Origin: the human T2T-CHM13v2.0 reference genome, Homo sapiens
Length of the DNA stretch: 64,000 nucleotides
NCBI RefSeq assembly: GCF_009914755.1
Contig: NC_060929.1
Strand: one strand, 5' to 3'
Shown here: positions 16,729 to 29,100 of the stretch, piece after piece
How positions within the stretch are numbered: the stretch's first letter is position 1
Layout: every line of letters starts with the position of its first letter
Position numbers and translations under genes: made by a program
Notes under the pieces: generated by a model
Database searches by the model: none
What the model saw: the letters and a program-made list of their open reading frames with translations, nothing else
Told to the model about the DNA's origin: nothing

Positions 16729-17608
16729 GTTTTTAATTTTCAGAGATTACATAGGGGACACCAAAACCGTCTTTCTGTCCATGACCCCTATTCTCCTTAG
16801 TTTCTCTTCTTGAAGATAGCTCCTCTTACTTTTTGTGGGATTTTTATTGTTGTTATTTTTGTTTGTTTAGTTCTGTTTTTATCCTTCCAGAGCTTTTTTA
16901 TGCAAATGGAGACACATGCATATACATCTTTTTATTTTTTATCACAAATGATAGCTTATACACTGTTCTGCCCTCTTTATTTTTTTTAATTTGATAAAAT
17001 ATCTTGGAGTTATTTACATCAGTATATGTAGATTTAATCTATTCTTTTAGCTTGGTAGTATCTGTTCCTCCTTGATAATTAGTTTTCTAATCATCTGCTA
17101 CTATAGTAATACAGAGTGCTTCAGTCAAAATTTTGTACATCTATGATTTCTTTCTTGTAGATATATATTTTGGGTTAAATTCTACTCTCTTGAATATCTA
17201 AATAGATATGGTATAGGAAAGATTCATGAACATTCCCAAAAATTTATACCTCTAGATCCACAGTTCAGGTAGCATTCGATTTGAACTCAAGAGATTTCTA
17301 GAAAATATAGTGGCTCCCGGTGGAGTCTGTGCTTCCAGAAGCCTTTATAATATTTTATATAAAAGCAGGTATGTATAGGAGATGAGTTTACAAATAGTCA
17401 AGCAAGCCGCACATCTAGCCGTAATCATAGAAGGAATTTTACTCTTTATGAATAAGAATGTCAGAAAGTATTTTTTTTCTGATACCTCTATATAATTTCC
17501 CCTCAGACCAAATTTATTGTATTCCAGAATACTCGATTATGGAGTCAGAATTTCTTTAGAAAACTGAGAAAGCCCAGTGGGAAACATACCTGCTCCCAAA
17601 GCATTTAG

Positions 17609-17924
<316 letters not shown>

Positions 17925-18049
17925 TGCTCTGTTATTACTCACTTTAACACTTATAAAAAGAAATGCTCAGTGGGATGCAAAATGCACTGTAATTCTTATT
18001 TAGATGCTGTTATACCTGGAAGTGACTTTTGCCAGGCTAAACATGACCA

Positions 18050-18262
18050 CTGTGGCTTTGGAACCATATGTGGTTTTAAATTATTGCTCTACTATCATTT
18101 GTGTGACTTTAAGCATGCTACTTGATCTCTTTAAGCCTCAACATTTTTACTTATAAAATGGGAAAAGAATATAATGCTCAAAGGGTTAAATGAAATAATA
18201 TATGTAAAGAATGTGGCTCATTTCTTAACTCATTCTGAGTTCTTAGTAAATATTACCTGCTG
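18050..18262 (+). mobile_element. MIR
   Basis: tgtgtgactttaagcatgctacttgatctctttaagcctcaac...ttataaaatggg...ttaaatgaaataatatatgtaaag. Confidence 0.65.
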
Positions 18263-20559
18263 GTAAATTAATCTGGGCTGAGAAGTAACATTATGTATAG
18301 ATGGAATTTTCAGTTCAATGAGCTATCATATTCTTGTAATGCCTAAATATTTCAGAATAAATGATATCCAACCTTTTGAAAACTCAGTAATTTCACAGCA
18401 GTAGTAGTCGCCCATTTTGGCTTAGTCCAAATGTTAACTAACTAATTAAAAAATTAATCTGGGGGCCTTCATTTTTTTTTCTTCCTACTAGACTATTACC
18501 AAACAAATTTTAATTTCAGAGAAAGAATGCTATTAATGTGTAGATCAGTAAACTTTTTCTTGATATTTGCAAATATTAAACCTTTAGATTCTAGGGAAAA
18601 ATCATACAAATACAATACAATTACAAATAGCAGCTTTCAGTAGACCAAACATTTTCTAAAAGTCAGCCATAAATGTAGAAAGGAATGTGTTTCTGAGGTG
18701 AGATATAAAAAATGCTTATTTGTAATAGGCAAGAGTTTGGAAGGCAGTTTGGCTAAGCAAAATCACAAGCTCAGAGATAATAAGAGATAGGCAAATCAAA
18801 GTTAGACGACACATGGATAGTTAGTAGGTGGCTTAGAGGACAAGAGATCTTTAGAGAGTTTAAAAACTGTCAGAGATGGATACGAATGAATAGAAGAACA
18901 CTTTCTGAAATGTGCTGAGACACATAGGAAACCAGAGTATGTAAGACAGGGTTAAATGATAAAATAAGTTGGCTGCATTGTCTCTACCCCCTGAGTATAT
19001 TGAAGATAGATTTATGAAGAGTTTAATTTTAATAATTGAGGTGGGAAATGACTGTGGTATGAAGAGTAGGTTTTGAGTCCAAGTGAGGATAGGTTCTGGT
19101 AGTATTCCAGAGCAAATGACAAGGTTGTTGCCAAAAGAAGAAAAGATGTTGATGTCAAAGATTGTTCAAAATGTCCTATTTCCAATCCATCATTGACGTC
19201 CCTGTGTTATTTACTTCAGAAGGATGAGCCATAGAATTTTTTTTCTGTTTGAACTCTAAGTGGCTAAGGAAATAAAAACCTTAAATGTAATGGATGATGA
19301 GTAAAATATTTGGTCTGTTTTACTTCATTTGTTATTGGTTTGTAATTCTTAGTGTTGAATGGACAATAAAGTTGTTTTATATAATCTGCAGCCACACATA
19401 AGCTTAGACTATTGAACAATTCTAAGATTGTACTTTTATAACTTTTTACAGTAGCAATCTTAAACGTTGAGATTTGCCTATTCTCCTCATTAAGTGTAAA
19501 TCAAACTCATTGGCAGTCCATTTATGTGGTTTTTTGGAGTAATTATTACATGATAACCTTTTTAATAATAAAGGTTGATTTTTTTTTTTCATCTCCGCAA
19601 CCATATGTCCCTGCAAGTCCAGAAATAGCTTTTAAATAAAGCTGGGAAAAGATTATTGAAAACATGGAGAGAAAAGGAGATAAAAACATGTTTCACTTGG
19701 TCATATAAATGAAAGAGCATAAGACATGCCACATGTTTTTAGACTTAAGGTCTATCCAGTTCAGTATAATATGTTGGGGAATGATACTCTTACAGACTGA
19801 TTTGAGGAAACAGTATATTTTGAAAAGGAGTATTTTAAACATCACCATGTTTGGTGATGAGTATACCTACCTTTCCTTAGAAGATAATCGACTTTGGAAA
19901 TACTAATGAAAGAAAAAACTGTGAAATTTAGGTGTTCCCTGTGACGAGCAAGATAATAACATAACAGTAGCTCCATAATAATATAACACTTATTGTATGC
20001 CATTTTACTGATGGAAAAATATGCATTGAGAGGTTAAGTGAATTGCGAGGTGGACCTGTTGTTAAATTGTAGAAAAAGAATTTAACTCTTGGCTCTAGTC
20101 AGTATGATTTAGACTCAATACTTGGGAAAAGAAAGTAGAGAAGAAAATAAGTCTGTTAAAAATAAGTCACAGTATAGGTAAGGCTTTTCTATATTATTTA
20201 GAAAAAAGGACAAATTTAGAAATGCGAATAACATAATTCAGAAACATTTCAGGATTATTTGCAATGAAATAGAGGCAATTTGATTATAATTAATGCAGTC
20301 ATTTTGTAATACAAACATGATTATTTCATGTATCTTTTGCTGAAAATGGACATTTTTTAAAAATAAATGATTCATCTATCTTTCAACCAACAGGTACATA
20401 TCAAGTATCTATCGTATGGCAGCTTTGCTGTGGATAATATATACCATGAATTCTATATTGTATTTTCTATAATTGTGAATGTTCCAAATTCGTGTATGTC
20501 TATCTTCTATTAATGAGAATATCAGTAAAAACATTTCTTAAGCGAAACATTACACTATA

Positions 20560-20920
20560 ATTAAATTTCACTGGTTTTTCTGTAATGCCCTCTTTCGCTT
20601 CCAGGTTACAATAGAAGGCATTATGTTGCATTTAGTTGTCATATCTCCTCAGTATCCTCTAGTCTGTGAGAGTTTCTCAGTCTATCCTTGTTTTTCATCA
20701 TCTTTGACAGTCTTTGAGAATATTAGCTAGATGTCCATGGAAATGTTTTGCTGATCGGAGTTTGTCTGAATTTTTTCTCTTCATAATTAGACTGACCTTA
20801 TGGATTTTGGAAAAATATCACACAGGCAAAATGCCCTTCTCATTATATCACAGCAGGGGGTACATCATATCCACATGACATCACTGGTGATAGAAACCTA
20901 CATCACTTGAGTAAACCATT
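20560..20920 (-). mobile_element. L1MC-like 3'UTR fragment
   Basis: ttgcatttagttgtcatatctcctcag; ataattagactgaccttatggattttgg; cactggtgatagaaacctacatcactt. Confidence 0.55.
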
Positions 20921-21766
20921 TTATAGTGACAAATAAATGCCTTGTAATTTTATCTCTATATGTATCATCTTTTTCATATATTGTTCCTATTATGCTTGAA
21001 AATATACAAAGATCATAGACAATTCCTTTTAAGATATAGTGTTCCCACAAATCAGTCTATAACAGTATACAGTCTTATCTTTAGAAAGCTAACAAAATTT
21101 TGGGTTTTTTTTTCCTTGTTCCAATTCAAAAAAGTAGTATATGAGAAGAGGACACGGGGAATTTTTATTATGTTTCATTGGTAGTGCAAAATAATTTTAG
21201 AAAACATATAATTGACAATCTGGACATCATGTGTCCAGAAATTTTTAACTAACATTCTTATTAAGCAACAAATTAATGAGTGGAGAAACTGGAAAAAAGC
21301 CATTAACTGTGAAAAGCTTTACATGGCAATGTTTATATAGTTCTATCGTCATGAGGGAATTTTTCTTCCTGAATATTTGCTAGTGATATATAACATTTTT
21401 TGACGATGGTCTCGGTGGATATCTAATTTTGAGTGTGCGTTATGTTACGAACCTAATTCTTCATACAGAAATATAAATCAGAAAGATATTTTAGGTTCAC
21501 ATTTTTCTCATATAAATAAGACCAAGATTGTATATACATTGTACTGTTTGATATAAATAATTTGGATATAACTAACTAGATCTTTTAAGAAAATTGTTTA
21601 CCCTTATGACATTTCTGCTTTCAGGCAGGCTTGATTTTTTTCTGTGCTACCTGAGTGCAATTAAAAACATGACAGAAAAAAAACCTCTTTCTATTCTATG
21701 CTCGCAAATGAAAACTGTAAATGATGTGAGTTGGCATGTATTTCAAAAGATAGTCTATCTAATGTA

Positions 21767-21862
21767 TTAGGTTGGTGCAGAAGTAATCACACTTGTTGCC
21801 ATGAAAAGTAATGATAAAAACTTTTAATGGCAACAACCGCGATTACTTCTGCACCAACCTAA
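21767..21862. mobile_element. MADE1 (Hsmar1-derived MITE), 96-bp variant
   Basis: ttaggttggtgc...gcaccaacctaa inverted repeat flanked by TA on both sides. Confidence 0.93.
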
Positions 21863-22146
21863 TATTTTTCAGAGTCATTAATCCCTCTGGGTTTGTTCCC
21901 AGGACTTTGAAAACTCAGATTGTGCGGTATTTTCTGTTGTTGTTACAACGAAAAATAAATGAAATCTTATGCCTTAATCAAGTGATCCCAGAAAAACAGT
22001 AGGCCAGTGATGTCGTGTTTCCCTTTAATCCGTTTTTTAGTGATAGTGACTTAAAGCTATGTTTCTCTTTCCACATCCAGCTATCGGACTCAAAGGAAAT
22101 ATAAGGTCTATAATGAAATCTGCTCGAAGATGAGCATGGTATACTC

Positions 22147-22613
22147 TGTATTGGTTTGATAGGACTGAAGTAACAAAATATCACAAACTATGTGATTTAA
22201 AACAACAGAAATTTATTCTCTCACAACTCTGAAAGTTAGAAAGTTCAAAATCAAGGTGTCACCAGGGCCATGCTCCCTCCAAAAGCTCTGGGGAGTAATT
22301 TATTCCTGCTTCTTCCTAGCTTTTCTGGCAATTCCCAGCAATCCTTGGTGTTTCTTAATTTGCAGGTATATCATTCAGTTTCTGTCTCTGCAATCACATA
22401 GCCTTCTTCCCTCTGTGTGTCTTCGTGTCTCTATATTCAAATCTCTGTTTTCTTTGTTTTATAAAGACACTAGTCATTGGTTTAAGAGCCCACCCTAATA
22501 TGATCACATAATGAGTAATTACATCTGCAGAAATCTTATTCCCAAATAATGTAATATTCTGAAGTCCCAGGTAGACATAAATTTTGGGGGGACAATGTTC
22601 AACCTGGTACACA
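22147..22613 (-). mobile_element. MLT1C/D-like MaLR solo LTR
   Basis: aaacaacagaaatttattctctcaca; aaatcaaggtgtcaccagggccatgctccctcc; taattacatctgcagaaatcttattcccaaataa. Confidence 0.85.
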
Positions 22614-23134
22614 CTGTTAGTTGTTTTAATTAATAGATCTGTGTGTTTTATTGGGTTATGTTATATTGAAAGACAGTTACAAAACAGTAGTTTATGTTCT
22701 GCTAAATCCATGATACATCTGATTATTTGAGATACTTGAGGAGCTACACTGTCCAATCTCAGCTTTCAACAAGACTCAAACACCTTGAATTTGGTTAGTG
22801 GTCAGAGCATTGATGACCATCTCTGTCCTCATGGCTCGTGCCATATAGTCCGTCATAATTTATTTAAGGATAATATGAGCTCTGAGGCTAGTGTTAGGCT
22901 GTGAATCATTTATACCGTAATTGATCCTAGCTAAGGGGCCGGTATCTGCACCTTAGCATGTCTTTGTTTTGTGTGGTTTATATCTCACCATTATATAAAT
23001 ATCTAATGGGGAAAACTATGTATAGTAAAGAGTTTGTGAATTTAAGGAACTTGTGAACTTTAGCACATAGCCTTTATGAATGTGATACTTTCATATCCAA
23101 ATAATGATTACACTTTTCCCTTCGTAAATCAATC

Positions 23135-23287
23135 CTCCTCCCCTTCCACATATTCCAAAATTCATGCATACTCAGGTTCTGCAGTGGGCCCTGCAGAACC
23201 CACTTACATGAAAAGTCAGCCTTTGAAAAAAATCCACATATAAGTGGACCTGCACAGTTCAAACTCAAGTTGTTCAAGGGTCAACTA
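23135..23287 (+). mobile_element. MER8 (TcMar-Tigger) fragment
   Basis: gaaaaaaatccacatataagtggacctgcacagttcaaactcaagttgttcaagggtcaact. Confidence 0.75.
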
Positions 23288-23559
23288 TATTACACTACAT
23301 TTAGGAAGGAAAAGTAACAAATTGTTAAACTCTTAATAATAAAAAAATACATTATTAATTTGTGTTTACTTGGATAAAGCTTTAAATATTGAGTAAAAGA
23401 ATCATTACCTAAAAATTTTACACTTTTCTTTCGTATCTTATAAACACTTATCCTGTCTTACTCAAAAATGTATTTGAAACTTGAGGTTGGCTAAAATGCA
23501 AAGAAAATAGAAATCACAGTGAAGGAAAAATAAAAAGCTGGCAGGGCAAAATGATATCT

Positions 23560-23790
23560 AGAGTATGCTTTGTGCAAAACACTGTTTTAAGCACTTAACA
23601 TGTAGAACTTCTTTGATATCACCATAGTTCTTTAAAATATTATTATCCTCAGTTTACAAATAAGGAAACTGAAGCAAAGAGAGACTAAGTAATTAGCTGT
23701 CCAAGATTCCACACTTTTCAGTTGCTACTTGTCAGGATTCACATCTAGCCAGAATCCAGTGCCAGTTCTCTGAATCACAGCCCTATAGTG
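23560..23790 (-). mobile_element. MIR
   Basis: attatcctcagtttacaaataaggaaactgaagcaaagagagactaagtaa. Confidence 0.7.
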
Positions 23791-24873
23791 AAACCAGAGT
23801 AGAGCTGTTATATCAAAAGATACATTGTAATATCATGCAGGATTGCTAGAGTTGGGTCTCAAATTAATTTCTAACATCTTTAGAAGTAAGTCAAAGATAG
23901 AAACTCAATAAACTCTACCACATTCGTAGTGACTACAAAATTTAATTTAAATTTTCCCTGGACCCATAGCTGTCCTTGGCCCTAAAGCCTGGAATTCCAT
24001 ATACTTGGAGTTCCACTCTGCAGTACTATTAATACAGTAATGAATTTTACAGCTATCTCTTGGAGCACAGCTCAAAGTAAATTAAAGAGGGCGGTCAGGA
24101 AACCTGATTTCATAAAAGCATCAAAGTACCATTTAGAATCTTCATGGAAATTGAAGAGTTGTACAGGTATGTTTTGGAACCAGGGCTTTGCTCGCTTTTG
24201 CGAAAGCAGAGTTTGGGTCATATACCTTGGCATGAATCATTTTTCAGATACAGTGTGTTTTGCAGTAAGTGACGTGAAAACCTAAGTAAATGTTAGTTTG
24301 CTGTGCTAAGTATTCATAATACTAACATACAACGTGATTAAAGAACAAATGATTCTTTGGAAATATAAACAGAAACAATACTAATGAATTGGTGACATGT
24401 TCATAGTATTCTGTGTATCAGTATGGAATATATCAAATTTAAGTTATATCTAAACCAGGTATTGCTAATTTAATAAAATCAGTTTTTAAGCATCAAAATT
24501 CTGTGTGTATATATCTTAGCTTTCTAACTTTTCCTGTGTCCCTTCTGTACACTTCCCCTTGCAAATCCTTCAACCCTTCTCTCATCTCTTGTTTACGCTG
24601 CTGTCTCTTTTCTTGTTCTTTTTTAAAGAGTAATTCCAAAGATTCTGACTAGTTAAGACTTAGAAAAAAATTAATGTAAAAAAATGTAGTTATTCCATTA
24701 ATACCATTGCTTGCCACTTTTCTGTTGTTATCTAAGCATGGTATGTTAATTACATCTAGTTGTAAAACTGATCTGTAAATCAATAGCAAATATATGAAAG
24801 CATATAACTTTGAATATTATTTTCTAGATTGTTTCTTGGCTAAAAATATCTTTGGAATGGCTTTTGCTTAGCA

Positions 24874-25167
24874 TTTTTTTTTTTTTTTTTTTGAGGCAGA
24901 GTCTCGCTCTGTCACCCGGGCTGGAGGGCGCAATCTCGACTCACTGCAAGCTCCGCCTCCCAGGTTCACACCATTCTCCTGCCTCAGCCTCCTGAGTAGC
25001 TGGGACTACAGGTGCCTGCCACCACACCCGGATAATTTTTTGTATTTTTAGTAGAGACGGGGTTTCACCGTGTTAGCCAGGATGGTCTCAATCTCCTGAC
25101 CTCGTGATCCACCCTCCTTGGCCTCCCAAAGTGCTGGGATTACATGCGTGAACCACCATGCCCAGCC
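24874..25167 (-). mobile_element. AluY
   Basis: Y diagnostics (gcaagctcc, ttagccaggatgg); TSD gcttagcatttt; small internal deletion at about 24926. Confidence 0.95.
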
Positions 25168-25869
25168 CGCTTAGCATTTTTAATATGTACCTGTCTACCA
25201 CTTAAAAACATACCGAAATTAATCGTGGTTGGAAGCTAATCATAGTTAGAGCTTGCAATAAATATATTTTGTAAAAAGGAATATTATCTTTTTTCAGTTT
25301 GAAATGTTTCTTCCCTTCTAAAAACTAATTATCTGGGATTCTCCACATAGGAGTGGCATGCATATCCATAATCATAATAAAGTATATAAACACTAATTAT
25401 TTTTATAATGTATCTTCAGAAAAGAAAAATGAAAAAAAAAATTAGAAGCTATTTCAGGGAACACATACTCTTTTAACATTATCTCTTAGTTTTTATCAGT
25501 CTATATTTTTCCGATTGGAGCTTTATAACACCCACCTACATTTTTATATTAATTATGTGTAGCATTTTTATGGCTATTCTTTCTAAGAATTTATATCAAA
25601 AAAATTATATATAAGGAGAAAGATAGCGAAATCAGTAAAATTTAGAACCAAGACATTCAAAGTTATCTTCTATCATGTAACAAAACAGTGACAGAAACTA
25701 TTATGTAGCAACATTACTAATATTAGGCTAAAAGAAAACTTTATTACTATGCTTTCATTGAAGTAAATTTTACCCTGTTTTTATTTTCTCTTAGTGGTCA
25801 TTTTGAATGACTTCCTTGCCCACTGGATAATTAGCAGATTCATGTACTTTTTTATAGCATTCTGCTGTA

Positions 25870-26182
25870 ATTTCTTTTGTTTTTTGTGTTTTGAGACACG
25901 GTCTTGCTCTGTCGCCAGGCTTGGAGTGCAGTGGTGTAATCATGGCACACTGCAACCTCTCCCTCCCTGGCTCAAGTGATCCTCCATTCTTCCCACCTCA
26001 GCCTCTCAAGTAGTTGTGACTACAGGGGCATGCCACCACACCTGCCTAATTTTTGTATTTTTTATAGAGATGGGATTTCGCTTTGTTGCCCAAGCTGGTC
26101 TCGAACTCCTGGGCTCATGTGATTCACCTGCCTTGACCTCCCAAAGTGTTGGGATTACAGATGTGAGACACTGTACCTGGCC
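25870..26182 (-). mobile_element. AluJ
   Basis: gctcaagtgatcctcc, ctcctgggctcatgtgat; short TSD ctgtaa. Confidence 0.9.
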
Positions 26183-29100
26183 TGTAAGGTTGTTTCAAAC
26201 TGGAAGTCTGGGTTAGGTTCCCTGTAATAGCAATAACAACATATAGTAACAACAGCAACAGTAAAAGCAACTATATCTTGAGTTTTTAGCTTTCTGTATT
26301 TCAGACACTGGTAATCACTTTTGAATCTTCACTTCAGCCCTGTGATGTGGTTATTTTCATGCCGTCATTATGGATGATGATAAGCCTGAGGCCCTATGGC
26401 CAGAGCCAATACACAGAGCTAACTTATTTATCACAGAGAGCCTCTGAATCAGGCCAGTCTTCTTCACATCTCTTACACTTGTCTGCCTTTTATATACCAT
26501 CATAAATGTCAGCTACCTTGACTGCCTTTTATACACTGTCTTTAATATCAGCTATATTATTAAAAGCAATAATGAAACTGCGTAGTGTCGAATTTTAACA
26601 ATATTGCTAAAATGAAAAATGTTGAGGCACTGTGGGGCAAAAATGTGAATCACTCTTTCAGACAGTGAGGAGTCATCAAGAGCTATTCCAAGAGAAATCC
26701 TATTTAGAGTACATGAGCAACCGTAATGAAACTTTCTTAGATTTTTACATCAATCTTGATTTTTACCTTATTATATGAATTAACTGCTAAATCAAGTCTT
26801 GTCTGGACAATTAACCAAAAAGCCTTTAAAAAATACCTTAAGGTAACATAATTGTTAATAAATATCAATAATTTCTACATTCAGAATCATCTTTTAAAAT
26901 AATATACATATCTTATTAATGAAAATTACTACAAAATGAAGACTATGGAATTTAGCTTTTAAAATTGATTCTTCCCAGTTACCATTCATTTTAAAGCATA
27001 GTATCAATTTGTTATGGTCCATTTGCATTGCAGGGTCTTTGTAAACTCTGTCATTAAACCTAACAGAAGTAGAACATGTACTTGAGACCATCCATCAGGG
27101 CAATATTCCTTGTTTCCTGCCCTGTTGACTTTCCTTTTTCCATAGCTGGTAACCACTATGTGTATCATTTGTCTCACTAATAACAGCCAACCATATTAAG
27201 GAACAATGAAAAAGCAGTGGATATCACACAATTAATATTATTGCTGGTTTTTTAAAATGTTTTTAAATTGGACAAAGCATTATAAAGAACTTTCAAACCC
27301 ATATAATTAGTTTTTTTGTAATCATAAATAATTTGATTTGTTTCATCTTATATAGTACTTAAGTATTATTATAATTTCCACTTTACACAGGAGGAAATTA
27401 TGGATCAAAAAGATTATTTATTGTAAACTTGCAGATCAAAAAAGTTTTTGAAATAAACTAATATCAAGTAGTACTAGTGTCAGCAATCACCAGTATACTC
27501 AAGGGACTGTAAAAGTCCAAGGCTGGGCCCAAGAAGTATCCAGGAGTGCTTCAGAATAGTTCAGCAACATCTGTGTGAAGAACACCTATAGTGTAAGAAT
27601 ACAAAAGGAGCAAAATGAAAGACATATGTGCCACTAGTGACATCCCTCTATACTCCCTATATACAGCAGTTAAAGGCTCAAGGATACGTCCATGGAATCT
27701 ACAAACTGTCACACCAGTGGTAATCTTAAAAATAATGCTGTGGAGAATCAGGTAGTTTATTAGTTTATTACTAGCCAGAAATATTTTTTATCCACTGACA
27801 AGATTATTAAAATCTGCGTGGCTAATTTAATATTGCATTATTTAGGTAGCTCCATGTCTGGGTGATGTCTCTACATCTGTCATAAAACTAGGAGACATTC
27901 CAGTTTCTTTTTCTTTCTCAGTCAACCTGGATAGATCTGGAGAATTGAGCCAGCTGTACTAATGTTCTTTTTTCTCTTGAGTTTACCTCAAGAAAGAGGA
28001 ATATGCCTCTGATTGGGTCTGTTTACTGACTCTCCCTCTTTCACATCATCCACACAATGAGAAGTTGATCAACTGTTTTAGAATAGACAACTGTTGTAAA
28101 AACTAGTTACACATTTAGTAAATATTGACCAAGTTACTCAAATGATGGGTGTAGTCACACATTAGGAATATAAAAGACTGTAAACCCTGTGGGAGTTTGT
28201 ATCTTGAAAAATTTGCCAACAGATTACATAGAACATCTCCACTATTTTCTCATATTTTGAATACTGTCAGAGTTGGTCCCCTTATGACTTAATAAGTCCA
28301 TAAGAGAGGATCACTAGTAATTGGGTTTTAATATATAGCTTACCAGGTAAATCTTTTTGCCAAAATTCTTACCTGATCTCTTGGATGGAAAGAAGAGAAC
28401 GTATGACATTGCATTCACTTCTATTTGTTCTCGTGTATCTGCAGACCATATTTGAGATCCTCAGTCTTACCACAACCATACCCACATAGTTGAATATCAG
28501 ATTGAGTGAGTTATGGGAGACATTTAAAGATGAATTTGTATACATTCTCCTTGTTTATTTTTTTCTAGTGGTAATGTTCCAAGACTGAGACAAACAGATA
28601 TTTACCAGACCTATTTTATCTTATTAGTTGAAAAGAAAAACCCTGTTAAAATCAACTTTATAAGATGCTGTGATTATGGAAATGTCCTAACCACTGCTCC
28701 ACCTGGGGCAAAGGGTACAGAGAAGAAACTGTCCATGAAGGTGGAGAAAAAACTTTCACAAGGGACGATGTTTATTGGGAGGGGTGGGGAAAACACCTTC
28801 CTCTCTGTTGGAAAGTGGGAGATACTGGGAAGCAATTGAAGGCTTGTTTGACATCGGTAACTCCAGATTGGTGCTCTGAAGTGTGGACTGAATTGATTCT
28901 TTCATCATAAGTCTGACTGTCTTATGGTGCCATATTAGACCATATTTACTGAGTGAATGAATTATAAAACATAATAATTTTAGCTTTCCTCATTTTTTTC
29001 CTAGCATTAATAAAATATCTTCCCCTGTATGCACAGTTGGAAATCATACTAATGTTGTTCTGGTTTTAGAAAGAACACATGTCAGTGTAGATGCCAGAAC

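Noticed and set aside
18700-19020. Possible CR1/L3 remnants here and at about 57900-58380 and 62240-62700
   Set aside because: Similarity too faint to support by eye; would need a profile search.
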